Assembly: GCA_017417105.1 (NCBI GenBank)
Contig: JAFPZU010000005.1
Coordinates: 16,978 to 80,977 of the forward strand
Reading direction: 5' to 3'
From: Lachnospiraceae bacterium
GTDB taxonomy: Bacteria > Bacillota > Clostridia > Lachnospirales > Lachnospiraceae
DNA: 64,000 nt
The translations under genes were made by a program, and so were the position numbers. This document shows, piece after piece, positions 27,871 to 38,557 of the stretch. A model generated the notes under the pieces. The model was given only the letters and a program-made list of their open reading frames with translations, ran no database searches and was not told where the DNA came from. The stretch's first letter is position 1. Each line of letters opens with the position of its first letter.

Positions 27871-29076
27871 ATGGCTGATTTTGATTTTATCGAATTAAGT
27901 AAAAAGTACGGCCAGTTTGAGGAGCCTGTTATTATGGTCGTGATCGACGGGAAAGAGCTTGACGCAAAGACGGGACTCAACGTGACCGACGCTGAGATCG
28001 ATCTTACTTCGGGCTATGAAGCATCCATTGCGCAGCTTATCCTGACGGGATGCTTCGATCCGGTAACAAGAAGCTATGATATAAGTAAGGCAAAGAAGTA
28101 TCTGTATCTGGGCTCTACCATAAAGATCCTTTTAGGCTATGACGTTTCCGTGAGGGAGGTTTTCAGAGGCTTCATATCGGCGGTTCATTTTGTTATAACG
28201 GACAGTGACAGCGAGGAGATGCCTCATATAGAACTTACCGCGATGGACGTAAAAGGGATCATGATGGCAAACCGCCACTCAAAGAGGCTTAACTCCAAAT
28301 ATTATTCGGATGCGGTCAAGGAGATACTTGACGCAAATGCCTTTCTTTCGCAGACAGACGAGAATATGAATAAATTCGTGGAGACCGTTATAGATGATAC
28401 GCCCGATAAGAAGGCAGGTGGCGATGGCGGAGCAGGCGCCGGTGCGGGAGGAGCTTCGGCCGGAGGAAGTAATGAGGAGACTTCCGACATAAGGGTTGAA
28501 ATGGTTGAAGAAAGTGACTATGAATTCATAGTCAAGGCCGCGAAGAAATATAATTACGAGTTCATGGCGATCTGCGACAGTCTCTATTTTGTAAAGGCAA
28601 AGAGCAATGATACGATACTTATGGAAACAGGTCCGGGACTTGGAATGCTTGATCTTGACGTGGGATATGACATAACGGGGCTTGTGAAATCCGTGGAGGT
28701 TCGGAATGTGGATCAGGATAAGGGAGGTCAGGTGAAGGACAAGGTTAAGTCCTCCTCAAAGATATCCATGGGAAATAAAGCAAAGGCGCTCATTGAAAAG
28801 CAGAGCCTCATATATCTGGATCCCACCGCAGGTACAAAGGAGGAGGCAGGCTACCGGGCAAACTATCTCATGGAGCAGATAAATTACCGCTTAGGGAGTG
28901 TTGAAGCCAACATGAACGGACTTCCGGAGCTGATACCGGGGAGATTCATACAGATAAAGAATGCCGGTGATCCCCTTAACAACAAGTTTTATCTTACAAG
29001 GGTGAAGCATGTCATAGGAGACGACGGATATATTTCCTTCATAGAGGGGAAAGCAAGCAGCATAGGATCGGAATAA
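27871..29076 (+). CDS. Phage late control D / gp27-like baseplate hub (N-terminal half of split VgrG)
   Basis: ILLGY..VFRGFI, ESDYEFIVKAAKKYNYEF, GLPELIPG, FYLTRVKH. Confidence 0.88.
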   Translation: MADFDFIELSKKYGQFEEPVIMVVIDGKELDAKTGLNVTDAEIDLTSGYEASIAQLILTGCFDPVTRSYDISKAKKYLYLGSTIKILLGYDVSVREVFRGFISAVHFVITDSDSEEMPHIELTAMDVKGIMMANRHSKRLNSKYYSDAVKEILDANAFLSQTDENMNKFVETVIDDTPDKKAGGDGGAGAGAGGASAGGSNEETSDIRVEMVEESDYEFIVKAAKKYNYEFMAICDSLYFVKAKSNDTILMETGPGLGMLDLDVGYDITGLVKSVEVRNVDQDKGGQVKDKVKSSSKISMGNKAKALIEKQSLIYLDPTAGTKEEAGYRANYLMEQINYRLGSVEANMNGLPELIPGRFIQIKNAGDPLNNKFYLTRVKHVIGDDGYISFIEGKASSIGSE

Positions 29077-29086
29077 GGAAGAACAG

Positions 29087-29941
29087 ATGGCTTTATATGA
29101 AATCCTTGAGGATGTATCAAAGAGGCAGATAGAAAAGACGGATACCGGCGACGGCAGGATCATGGGGGTAATGCTTGGAAGGGTTGTAAAGAATTACAAC
29201 AGCAACATGCCCGGAAGAGTGTCGGTAGTCCTGCTTTCAAGGGAGCAGGGAGAAGGCTCCGGAGATGAAGCCGATAATTCCAGGATCCTGTGGGCCAGGG
29301 TTGCCATGCCCTCCAGCGGAGGGATATGGGGACATTATTTCATCCCCGAATCGGGAGACCTGGTGCTTGTGGTATTTGAACAGGGAAATATCGAAAGACC
29401 CTACATCATAGGCTGTATACCAAAGGTAAATGACAAGATACTGACGGGCTCCATAGACGAGAAGAATACATACAAGAAGATAACGACAAGGAACGGCAGC
29501 ACCATAACCTTTGAGGACGCCCCGACCCCGGAGGGAGGAAACGACGGGGATAATGACAAGATTACAATAGAAACCGCAACGGGTGCCCATAAGATACTGC
29601 TTGATAATGAAAAAAAGCTCATCCAGATAACGGATAAGGAAAGTAATAATCTCATAAAGATGGAAACCGATGCCGAGAAGGGGCATATTACCGTAAAAGC
29701 CGCAAAGAAGCTTACGATCGAGGTCGGGGACAATATAACCCTGGAGCTTAACGGAAGCTCCGGAGCCACTACCTTAAAAACCGGCAAGTTCACGGTTCAG
29801 ACTGATAACAGCATTTCCCTTGAAAGTCAGGGAGGGGCGGAGATAAAAGGAACGAATGTATCGGCGGAGGGCTCTTCCATGCTTAAGCTTAAGAGCAACG
29901 GAGCCGTGCAGGTATCGGGAACACCGGTAAAGCTTGGATAA
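29087..29941 (+). CDS. Baseplate assembly V / gp5-like spike (C-terminal half of split VgrG)
   Basis: GRVSV, WARVAMPSSG..WGHYFIPESGDLVLVVFEQGNIERPYIIG OB-fold followed by beta-helix-like repeats. Confidence 0.92.
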   Translation: MALYEILEDVSKRQIEKTDTGDGRIMGVMLGRVVKNYNSNMPGRVSVVLLSREQGEGSGDEADNSRILWARVAMPSSGGIWGHYFIPESGDLVLVVFEQGNIERPYIIGCIPKVNDKILTGSIDEKNTYKKITTRNGSTITFEDAPTPEGGNDGDNDKITIETATGAHKILLDNEKKLIQITDKESNNLIKMETDAEKGHITVKAAKKLTIEVGDNITLELNGSSGATTLKTGKFTVQTDNSISLESQGGAEIKGTNVSAEGSSMLKLKSNGAVQVSGTPVKLG

Positions 29942-29950
29942 GGAAGGATC

Positions 29951-30445
29951 ATGGCAGGAAACACAAACAACAGAAAAAGCTTTTTGGGCTGCGGGATGAA
30001 GTTCCCGCCCGAAATAGATAAGGCAACCGGCAGGTTTCTAACCTCCAGCGGAAACGATACTGTAAAGGAATCCCTGTATCTCATACTTATGACCCAGAGG
30101 ACGGAGAGGTTTACAAGACCTGACTTCGGAAGCGATATCATGGGTTATACCTTCATGGATACGGGAGCTACCATGCTGTCGATTTTAAGAAGAAATCTGA
30201 CCCAGACCATAATAGCCCAGGAGCCCAGGATATCCGATGTTGATATAACTATGGACTACAGGGAGAAACAGGGGTGTATCGTTATAGACATCGAATATGT
30301 GGTAACTTCGACCAATACCAGGGATAACCTTGTATTCCCCTTTTACCTTAACAGGGGATCCGTGGAGGAGGAGCCGGAGAACGAGGTAATGACTGAACCC
30401 GTATACTACGACGAAAACCAGGATACAGATGAGGTAGAGGATTGA
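29951..30445 (+). CDS. GPW/gp25 baseplate protein (Afp9-like)
   Basis: FLGCGMKFP, ILMTQRTERFTRPDFGS, EPRI, NLVFPFYL. Confidence 0.93.
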   Translation: MAGNTNNRKSFLGCGMKFPPEIDKATGRFLTSSGNDTVKESLYLILMTQRTERFTRPDFGSDIMGYTFMDTGATMLSILRRNLTQTIIAQEPRISDVDITMDYREKQGCIVIDIEYVVTSTNTRDNLVFPFYLNRGSVEEEPENEVMTEPVYYDENQDTDEVED

Positions 30446-33400
30446 AGATAGATACAAGGGAATCAAAGGACATAGAGAGGAAGATAGAGGAGCTTGCATC
30501 CTCCTATACGCCGGAATGGCACTATGATGCGGAGGATCCCGATATCGGCTCTGTCATAGCGAAGATATTTTCTGCCCAGATGGAAGAAAACATAGGTCTT
30601 TTGAATAATGTCACGGAAAGAGATCATGCCGAGTTTGTGAACATGCTGGATCTTTCCTTAAAGCCCGCGAAGCCCGCAAGCAGTATGGTTAAGTTCGGAC
30701 TTATCGAGAATACTGTAGCGGGAGTAACGATAAGAAAGGGGCTAAGACTTGTATCCCAGAATAACGGTGAGGACGGCATGCCTGTTGTGTTTGAAACCGA
30801 CAGGGAGATATACGCAACAAATGCGAAGATCACTGATGCTTTCATGACCGACAGGGAAGCGGGAAGCATAGTGCCGCTTTTAGGAGACTTTACAAGCGCC
30901 AGGGTACTGGAGGAAGAAGAGGAGAGCAAGGGAGAAGAGGAAGGCATACTTTCCGACGAGGAGACATCGGGCTCTTTATTATCAGGGCCTACGGAGATAA
31001 GGCCCTTTGTGCTCTTTTCGGAAGAGGGAAATATAGCAAGATATGTCCTTATCATTTACCATGAAACGATCTTTGACATTGAAGGAGAATCCATATTTTT
31101 AAGGATCCGGGGAAACAGGGATCTTACGGAAAAGATCAAAGAGGGAAGGTTCCGGTTCAGTTATTATTCGGATGACGGATTCCGGGCGTTTGACAGCGTA
31201 GAGCTTTTGCCGGACGGTGAGACTTTTTCACTTATAAAGAGAAAGCCAAATAAAAAAACCGAAGAACGCGGAAAGCAGTATGCTGTTGTTATACTTGAGG
31301 CAGCAGAACCCGTGAGGGAAACCTATGAAGTTAAATCCGTTGAATTATCCTCAGCGGGCAGCGGCAGACCGGCGGATTATGTGACTGACGGCAATACCGA
31401 TCTTAAAACGAAAAGCTTTGCGCCTTTTGGGGATACTCTTTCCATCTATAATGAATGCTATGTGGGAAATGACCTTTATTTTTCCCAGGCCGGAGCCACG
31501 GTTACGCTGTCTTTCCGGCTTAATTCGCTGGAGAAGGGACTTTACCTTACAAAACAGGAGGAACAGACAGAGCTTAAGATAATAAAAAGAAAGCCAAAGA
31601 CAAAGCCTCAGGATAATCCGGCACAGGCATGGGCAGATGAGATAGCCCTTGAGTATTTTAATGGCATAGGCTGGAAGCAGCTTCCTTCAGAGGGAGAGGT
31701 CGGGGGACTCTTAAGAGGCGAAACCGCGGCGGATGTAAGGATCCGCTTTACCTGCCCTTCAGACTGGGTCAGTACGGAAACCGGAGCCTACAGCGGCAGG
31801 TGCATAAGGATCAGACTTATGAAAAGCGATAACTGCTATCTGCGCCCTGCGGTGCATCACTATCCCGTAATAAAGGATCTTGCCATAGAATACAGCTATG
31901 AGGACAGATATATGGTTCCGCAGAAGCTTTATACGATCACAGGAACGAGGAAAAGGGATATAACCTCGTACACGGGAAGAGGCAGGGATTTTGTGGTGTT
32001 CTCAGGTGGTGATTATGCGGATGATGCGCTTTATCTGGGCTTTGATAAAAAACCTGAGGAGGGTCCCGTAACTTTGTATTTTGAGGTTGATGATATCGTT
32101 ACGGGAACCGGACTTAAATGCACCTTTGAATACAGCTCCATGCGGGGCTTCAAGAAGATCAGAATGGTGGACTATACCCATGAATTCTCACATTCCGGAC
32201 TTTTAATGTTTATGCCTCCTTCCGATATGCATGAGGCTTCGATAGAAGGAAAAAGGAGATTCTGGCTTAGAATAAGGCGGGAGAATATACAGCGCGAGAA
32301 TGAAAACGTTATGTTTCTTCCGAGGATAAACAGGATAATACTTAATGTTGTCAGCGTTTATAACGTTTTAACGGGTTCTGAAGAAAACTATTATGTAGAC
32401 GAGCCGGGACCCGACATGCACTTTGCTCTTAACGGAAGAAACATCCTTGATGCCGAGGTGTGGGTCAATGAAAACGGAACCATAAGCCGGGAGGAAACGG
32501 AAAAGATGCTTGTCGATTCTCCCGGGCTTATAAGGGCAGAATATGACAGACTCGGCAGAACCTCAGCAGTCTATGTGAGGTGGAGTGAGGCCGACACCTT
32601 CTGGGGAGCCCCGGACAGACGCTGCTATCAGATAGACAGGGTTTCGGGGGAGATAGTCTTCTCAGACGGAATAAATGCGGACTATCCAAGAGTTACGGAT
32701 GATGTTGCTTTTAAGGTTCGTATAAGATCCACTGACGGTAAATATGGAAATGTTCCGGCGGGCAGTATCTCGGCGGTATCCGGGACAGAGCTTTTCGTAG
32801 ATAACGTTATCAATCCGGTGCAGGCTTACGGGGGGACAGCGCTTGAAACTATTGGGGAAGCCATGCGAAGAGGCGCCAATGTCATTAACGGCAGAGGAAG
32901 GCTTGTGACTGAAAGAGATTACGTATGGACGATCCTTAATTACTCCGACAGCATAGATAAGGCAGCTTTAGTTGCCGGAGAGACGATAGACGGGAAGAAG
33001 GATCCCACGGACCTTTCGTTTGTGCTGCTTATGAAGGATTATAAGGAAGGGTCGTTTTCATTCCACAGGATATCCGGAGGCTTAAAGGATCATCTCATAA
33101 AAACCTCATCCATAACGATATCACCGGACAGGATACATATAGTGGAGCCTGTTTTTGTGGATGTATCCGTAAGCGTCTGGGCGGAGGTTCAGGATCCTGA
33201 CGACAGCTTTGAAGTAAGACAGATAATACTTGACACCTTTGACGAATTCTTTGATCCTGTATCGGGAAAAAAGGACAGCGGATGGAATATAGGCACGATG
33301 CCGAAGACGACTCAGGTTATGATGAAGCTTTCTACAGTAAGCCACAAAGCTGTTGTAAAAAGAATGGCGATGACAGCTCATTACGTGGATAAGGACGGGG

Positions 33401-33513
33401 AACACGAGACCTCGCTTTCGGATCTTGCGGTAAGTCCTTTCATGGCGGTCCGCTCCGGAGTTCATCAGGTTAATATTGAGATTGGTACTGAAAAAGATCA
33501 TGCGGGAAGATAA
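30442..33513 (+). CDS. Baseplate J-like wedge protein (Afp11/12-like), large
   Basis: YTPEWH..DPDIG, VFETD, GEIVFSDG, GNVPAGSI, GG..LET, RLVTERDY, FDPVSG...GWNIG. Confidence 0.88.
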   Translation: MKIDTRESKDIERKIEELASSYTPEWHYDAEDPDIGSVIAKIFSAQMEENIGLLNNVTERDHAEFVNMLDLSLKPAKPASSMVKFGLIENTVAGVTIRKGLRLVSQNNGEDGMPVVFETDREIYATNAKITDAFMTDREAGSIVPLLGDFTSARVLEEEEESKGEEEGILSDEETSGSLLSGPTEIRPFVLFSEEGNIARYVLIIYHETIFDIEGESIFLRIRGNRDLTEKIKEGRFRFSYYSDDGFRAFDSVELLPDGETFSLIKRKPNKKTEERGKQYAVVILEAAEPVRETYEVKSVELSSAGSGRPADYVTDGNTDLKTKSFAPFGDTLSIYNECYVGNDLYFSQAGATVTLSFRLNSLEKGLYLTKQEEQTELKIIKRKPKTKPQDNPAQAWADEIALEYFNGIGWKQLPSEGEVGGLLRGETAADVRIRFTCPSDWVSTETGAYSGRCIRIRLMKSDNCYLRPAVHHYPVIKDLAIEYSYEDRYMVPQKLYTITGTRKRDITSYTGRGRDFVVFSGGDYADDALYLGFDKKPEEGPVTLYFEVDDIVTGTGLKCTFEYSSMRGFKKIRMVDYTHEFSHSGLLMFMPPSDMHEASIEGKRRFWLRIRRENIQRENENVMFLPRINRIILNVVSVYNVLTGSEENYYVDEPGPDMHFALNGRNILDAEVWVNENGTISREETEKMLVDSPGLIRAEYDRLGRTSAVYVRWSEADTFWGAPDRRCYQIDRVSGEIVFSDGINADYPRVTDDVAFKVRIRSTDGKYGNVPAGSISAVSGTELFVDNVINPVQAYGGTALETIGEAMRRGANVINGRGRLVTERDYVWTILNYSDSIDKAALVAGETIDGKKDPTDLSFVLLMKDYKEGSFSFHRISGGLKDHLIKTSSITISPDRIHIVEPVFVDVSVSVWAEVQDPDDSFEVRQIILDTFDEFFDPVSGKKDSGWNIGTMPKTTQVMMKLSTVSHKAVVKRMAMTAHYVDKDGEHETSLSDLAVSPFMAVRSGVHQVNIEIGTEKDHAGR

Positions 33514-33516
33514 GAT

Positions 33517-35613
33517 ATGCTTAGGATAGAAGAGGCAAAGAGCAGACCATACGAGGAGAGGATAGAGGAAGCGATATCCCTTATTCCGTTATTATCGAAG
33601 GAGTGGACTAATTTCAATCCTTCGGATCCGGGTATCACGATCCTTGAGAACCTGACCGCTTTCGAGTCGCTGCAGGGAAGCTCCATAACTGAGCTTGATT
33701 ACAGATCAAAGCTGGGGCTTCTTAAGATGGCGGGCTTTACTCCGATGAAGGGTAAGTGCGCAAGAACGCTGCTTTCTGCAAGCAGCCTTGAAGAGCCGGT
33801 TGAGATAAGGCAGAATCAGAGATTCAAGCTGGGAGACATGGTATTTGAGACCAAAAGGAAGTTTATGGCAGGAGGGTGTCACTTAACCGGTATATTTTCA
33901 AAATATGACGGCAAGTTTCACGATCACCGCTATCTTTCGGACAGGGAATATAAGATGCCTGCCGCAATTTTCGGGGAAAAACCCAAGTCCGGCGACAGTA
34001 TTTATTTCATCGCGGATCGTCTTCCCGAAAAAGGTAGCGAAACCTGGTTTTATATAGATATAGATGACAATATCAAAAGAAACCCCATAGAAGACAGATC
34101 TAAATCCATGTTTGCAATGACCAGGTGGGAGTGCTACACGGCCGGGGGCTTTAAGGAGATGAAGGTCAAAGGCTATACGGGTGCCTTTCTCTTTTCCGGA
34201 GAGATAAGGCTTAATCTTCCGGACGAGGAAGCTGTTATCTATGACGGCGCCCCGATCAAAGGATACTGCATAAGGGCCACTCTTCGGGATGTGCTTTATG
34301 ATGTAAGACCCAGGCTTCTTTCCGTGGAGGCGTTTTTATTCGAGGTATGGCAGAAGAACACCAAGGCTCTCTCCTATGCGTTTCAGAATGTGAAGCGGCT
34401 GCATGTTACAAGTCCTCTGGAGGATGAGGGATATGTCCTTGTCTTTGCGAAGGAGGAAAAGGGATCGTCCTACAGAAGATATGAGCTTTCTCTTACCGGA
34501 GGACAGAAGGGAAGATTCTGCTTCTATGAAAGGAAGGAGAAGGGAAGCTTCGATATAAGATTTGACCGCGAGACCTTCGGATTTGAGCCGGTTAAAGTGA
34601 AGGATGCAGTAAGGGTCGTGTTATACGATGAAGATGTCATGAGAACTTATCGCATAGGAAAGGTTTTAGGCTATGATGATCAGGAGATAGAGCTTCCTTT
34701 TAATCATATCGTACCGGAGTCCTTCGTTCTCCTTGCAAAAAGAAATGACGGAAATGGCGGGGAGATATTTGATTTCGTACGTCCGGGATATCGGGACAGG
34801 GATGCACTTACCTTCCATTTGCTGGAAAATGACGGAAGGATAATAATAGAGGATGCGGGAAAATTCATAGGAGCAGAGCTTTTCATAGCGGGGCTTGCGG
34901 TTACTGAAGGCCCCAAAGGAAATATAAGAGGCGGCAATCACTTTTCGGCACCGATGCTTGCAAAGGGAGAGCTGTTTTACAATCCTGCCTCCGCAACAGG
35001 CGGCGCTTTCAGGGAAACACTTGCTGATGTAAGAAGACGTTTCAGGGAAGATGTATATACTCCCTACACCTGCGTAACGGCGGAAGACTATGAAAGAACG
35101 GTGCTTCAAACACCGGGGCTATGTCTGAAAAAAGCGAGAGCCAGAATGGATGAAGCGGAAAACCTCATTCATATCGCCGTTATGCCCGCAACTGACGAGG
35201 AATTTCCCAAGCTTTCTCCAAACTATATTAAGGCTATAGGGGAGAGGCTTACGGAAAGAAGACTGCTTACAACAAGATACCAGATAATGCAGCCTTTTTA
35301 CGTGGGGGTTTCCGTAAGGTGCACGGCTTATGTCAGAAGACACTTTTCCAACTGTAAACAGCGGATAGAGGAAAGACTTAAGCAGGAGATCGATTACAGG
35401 AGCGGAGAGAGGAATTTCGGTGAGACTTTGAAATTTGAGCAGGTGTTCCGCGCTTTGGAGGAGCTTGACTGCGTGGAATATATTTATGACCTTTCCATGG
35501 TTCCCGAAAACAGGAGAAGGGCAAGGATGGAGGATCAGAACATAATCCCTGCCGAGAACTGTCTTTTGTATCCGGGAGGGATCGAGATCGAGGTCATTAC
35601 ATACGGGGGATAA
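33517..35613 (+). CDS. Baseplate J-like wedge protein (Afp11/12-like)
   Basis: EWTNFNPSDPGITILE, FET, GPKGN, GGAFRET, VTAEDYE, RRLLTT. Confidence 0.9.
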   Translation: MLRIEEAKSRPYEERIEEAISLIPLLSKEWTNFNPSDPGITILENLTAFESLQGSSITELDYRSKLGLLKMAGFTPMKGKCARTLLSASSLEEPVEIRQNQRFKLGDMVFETKRKFMAGGCHLTGIFSKYDGKFHDHRYLSDREYKMPAAIFGEKPKSGDSIYFIADRLPEKGSETWFYIDIDDNIKRNPIEDRSKSMFAMTRWECYTAGGFKEMKVKGYTGAFLFSGEIRLNLPDEEAVIYDGAPIKGYCIRATLRDVLYDVRPRLLSVEAFLFEVWQKNTKALSYAFQNVKRLHVTSPLEDEGYVLVFAKEEKGSSYRRYELSLTGGQKGRFCFYERKEKGSFDIRFDRETFGFEPVKVKDAVRVVLYDEDVMRTYRIGKVLGYDDQEIELPFNHIVPESFVLLAKRNDGNGGEIFDFVRPGYRDRDALTFHLLENDGRIIIEDAGKFIGAELFIAGLAVTEGPKGNIRGGNHFSAPMLAKGELFYNPASATGGAFRETLADVRRRFREDVYTPYTCVTAEDYERTVLQTPGLCLKKARARMDEAENLIHIAVMPATDEEFPKLSPNYIKAIGERLTERRLLTTRYQIMQPFYVGVSVRCTAYVRRHFSNCKQRIEERLKQEIDYRSGERNFGETLKFEQVFRALEELDCVEYIYDLSMVPENRRRARMEDQNIIPAENCLLYPGGIEIEVITYGG

Positions 35614-36708
35614 ATGGCAAGATATTCTATTAAAAGAAACCGCATAGAAAGCGGATATATGACGGGTCTTACCTTAACTGACGACGAAAGGATAGTAAGC
35701 GCACCGGGAACTTTATACCACGCACTTTTCCTTAAAGGCCTTGACGGCGCGGAAAAAGGAGCGGAATGGGGAAGGCTTTCCTTTACGTGCAGTTGTGCGG
35801 AGGATGTGGTATACGCGGTTTTCGTTGCAGCAACCGACCTTACATGGCTAAGACGAGGGAAATACGAAGGAAGCGTGGATGATTTTTTCCTTTCGGAGGA
35901 TATAGATGTACCTGTTAAGCTGCAGTTATTAAAGGAACTGGGAGCAAAGCGCTTTGTTGCGTCGGATGACATGCTTCTCTATGAGCTTACGGGACAGTAT
36001 CTGTATGTTGCAATAGATGTTGCGGGAGAGGGGAAGGCTGAGTTTTCCGGCATGGCAGTCGACAGCGCCGGTGATAATTTTATGGCAACATTTCCCGAGA
36101 TCTACAGGGAAAGAAACAGCTTTTTTCATCGGTATATGTCTGTTTTTTCCAGTATATACGGGGACTTTCAACGCAAGATAGATGATCTTCCAAGTCTTTT
36201 GGATCTTGATACCTGTCCGCCGGAGCTTCTTATCACCTACGGGGAATGGATGGGGATAGACCTTTCCGGAGGATTCCTTCCGGAGGATATGTTAAGAGAG
36301 CTTGTTAAAAATGCTTATCAGTTGAATAAGATAAAGGGGACGAAGGCTGCCTTTGAAAAGGTACTGGATATAATGCTCGGGGAAAAGGCGATAGTGCTTG
36401 AACATAACGAGATACAGGCCTTTATGAAAAAAGAGGATGCAAAGATACCAAGCCTTCTTGAGGGCGGCAGCGTTTATGACATCACGATACTTATAGAGAG
36501 CAGGCTTACGGAGGAGTTAAGGCACCAGCTGCTCTATGTGCTGAACCAGTTCAAGCCGGCAAGGACCAGAATAAATCTGTCCCAGCTTGACGATACGCTG
36601 ACAACGGACAGCAATACGTATCTTGATGTGAACGCAAGGCTTCCGGAGGAGCGGGAAGCGGTGCTTGATTCCGATTCCGCACTGGACGGGGTTATTGTTT
36701 TACAGTAA
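35614..36708 (+). CDS. Phage tail protein (P2 gpI-like C-terminal domain)
   Basis: FPEIY..FFHRYMSVF, LDLDTCPPELL..GEWMGI, KGTK, FKPART. Confidence 0.82.
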   Translation: MARYSIKRNRIESGYMTGLTLTDDERIVSAPGTLYHALFLKGLDGAEKGAEWGRLSFTCSCAEDVVYAVFVAATDLTWLRRGKYEGSVDDFFLSEDIDVPVKLQLLKELGAKRFVASDDMLLYELTGQYLYVAIDVAGEGKAEFSGMAVDSAGDNFMATFPEIYRERNSFFHRYMSVFSSIYGDFQRKIDDLPSLLDLDTCPPELLITYGEWMGIDLSGGFLPEDMLRELVKNAYQLNKIKGTKAAFEKVLDIMLGEKAIVLEHNEIQAFMKKEDAKIPSLLEGGSVYDITILIESRLTEELRHQLLYVLNQFKPARTRINLSQLDDTLTTDSNTYLDVNARLPEEREAVLDSDSALDGVIVLQ

Positions 36709-36798
36709 AGATATTGTGTTGTAAAATGTATGGTTGGATATGGCTTGTAAAAAGAAGATCTATTTAAGGTTAAAAAAAAGGGAAGGGTAGATTGACCG

Positions 36799-37695
36799 AT
36801 GTCTGTGATTCAGAAAATACTTTTGGCGGCAGCCTGTATCTTATATGCGCTTACGATCTATGGTATATTCAATTTTGAGCTTTACGTTATAATCGTTCTT
36901 TTTCTTTTGCACAGCCTTTGTCTTATCCTGTTCACCTACAGGTCATATGCGGGGATCAGAAGAGACGACAGAATGGCGGAGACCAGGGAGCAGGAGATAG
37001 GTCTGGAGCTTGCCGAAAAGGATAAAGAGGTAGTGACGCTTCAGGAGAGCCTCGAAAAGAAGGACGAAGAGTATATGGCGCTTTCAAGGGAACATGAAAG
37101 CCTTAAGATAGAGAGCGAGAGATATCAGGAGCAGATAAAAGCTCTCGAAGAAGAGAAAAAGAAGATGTCAAAGCAGGCTAAGACCCGGGAAGAAGAGGAA
37201 AAAGCCGATGCAAGGGGGCTTTTGCCTCCCGTCTCAGGTGAAGAGGGCGAAGCAAAGACCGTTAATATCATAGAGATCGCAAATATCGCAAAGAACGAAC
37301 TGGAGGAAAGCGCCAGAAAGGCGAATCTTGTTGTAAACATATCTTCCGCAGCAGATACGCTGATGGTTAAGGCAAATCCTGAAAGGCTTATCGTCCTTTT
37401 CAGAAATATTATAGATAATTCCATAAAATACATGAGGAAAGCCGGATCTCTTGTCATAACCATATCAACCATAAATGATGATATCTTCATCGTTTTGAAG
37501 GATACGGGAGAGGGGCTTAACGAAGCCGAGACACAGCATATCTTCGAGCTTAACTATCAGGGATCAAACAGGATCAGCGGCAACGGACTGGGGCTTGCTC
37601 AGGCGAAGGCCATAGTTGAGTATTACGGCGGAACGATATATGCAAAAAGTACGGAAGGGAAGGGAATGGGCATCTATATCCAGCTGCCCGCATAA
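36799..37695 (+). CDS. Membrane GHKL (HATPase_c) kinase-like protein lacking a canonical H-box
   Basis: Two TMs, coiled coil, NIIDNSIKY, DTGEGL, IFE, GNGLGLA; no HE(L/I)(R/K)TP motif. Confidence 0.8.
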   Translation: MSVIQKILLAAACILYALTIYGIFNFELYVIIVLFLLHSLCLILFTYRSYAGIRRDDRMAETREQEIGLELAEKDKEVVTLQESLEKKDEEYMALSREHESLKIESERYQEQIKALEEEKKKMSKQAKTREEEEKADARGLLPPVSGEEGEAKTVNIIEIANIAKNELEESARKANLVVNISSAADTLMVKANPERLIVLFRNIIDNSIKYMRKAGSLVITISTINDDIFIVLKDTGEGLNEAETQHIFELNYQGSNRISGNGLGLAQAKAIVEYYGGTIYAKSTEGKGMGIYIQLPA

Positions 37696-37698
37696 GAT

Positions 37699-38304
37699 AT
37701 GGACAGGCAGACAAAGTCAATTCAAAGAGGGCTGATACTTGCCATCCTGTTCTATTTGATAGTAACAGCTCTCGCAATCTCCATGATGAATGTACAAAGC
37801 TCTGTTTTCAGCTCAAGGGGTGTTCCTGAGGTCAATGCGGAACAGAAAAGCGTGAGCAAAGAGGTTAATCTCGAAACGGAGCGTGCCAAGCCTGCGCCCA
37901 TAGAGGGACTTGTAGCCGGGAATGCCGGGAAGGAAGAGCCGATGGAAGAGTTTCCTTCAGAACCTGCGGAAATTACGGAGCCCGTGACTGAGGAAATCGA
38001 AGCACCGACAGAGCCTGCAGAAGATGAGCCCAGGTATTATTCCTTTATAACGGTAAATCATGACACTATCCTTAATATGCGCATAGCTCCGGATATCAAT
38101 TCAAAGAGCATAGACAGACTGGATCCCGGGACGACGGGATATGTGCTTGATATCGGGGATGAATGGTCGTATGTGGGATGTGACGGCAGGACAGGGTATT
38201 GCTCAAATGAATTTCTGTCACTTACGGAGATACAAAAAGAGGATATACCGGCGGAGTATTTTGACGCTGCTCCCGGTGACAGGGTTGAGATAAAGGAAGA
38301 GTAA
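37699..38304 (+). CDS. Membrane-anchored SH3b-domain protein
   Basis: N-terminal TM, Glu/Pro linker, LNMRIAPDINS..IDRL..G..EWSYV..GRTGYCSNEFL. Confidence 0.85.
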   Translation: MDRQTKSIQRGLILAILFYLIVTALAISMMNVQSSVFSSRGVPEVNAEQKSVSKEVNLETERAKPAPIEGLVAGNAGKEEPMEEFPSEPAEITEPVTEEIEAPTEPAEDEPRYYSFITVNHDTILNMRIAPDINSKSIDRLDPGTTGYVLDIGDEWSYVGCDGRTGYCSNEFLSLTEIQKEDIPAEYFDAAPGDRVEIKEE

Positions 38305-38308
38305 AGCC

Positions 38309-38551
38309 ATGGGACTTGACGACAGGCTCGTAAAGGACACAAAAAAAAAGGTTGAAGATTCTTATAAGGAACCCTTTTATGCAGAGGAGCCTGACTGGCT
38401 CATATATGACGAGAGAAAGAAACAGCCCTTTATGAATAAGAACCGGGGAGTTTTCGAAGTTACCGATGAGAAAGCGATCAATACGGAAAAAAGCGTTTTT
38501 GACAGAACGGCGGTTTTTGACCTGAGCAGCAAACGTAAGGAAAAGCTTTAG
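38309..38551 (+). CDS. Small hypothetical protein
   Basis: 80-aa ORF filling the gap between co-oriented genes with 4-6 nt spacing. Confidence 0.6.
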   Translation: MGLDDRLVKDTKKKVEDSYKEPFYAEEPDWLIYDERKKQPFMNKNRGVFEVTDEKAINTEKSVFDRTAVFDLSSKRKEKL

Positions 38552-38557
38552 AAAAGA

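Noticed and set aside
18112-36708. Prophage or R-type tailocin interpretation of the tail genes
   Set aside because: No capsid, portal, terminase, integrase or lysis genes; the Pvc16-like cap, Afp7-like genes and Afp15-like ATPases point to a CIS.
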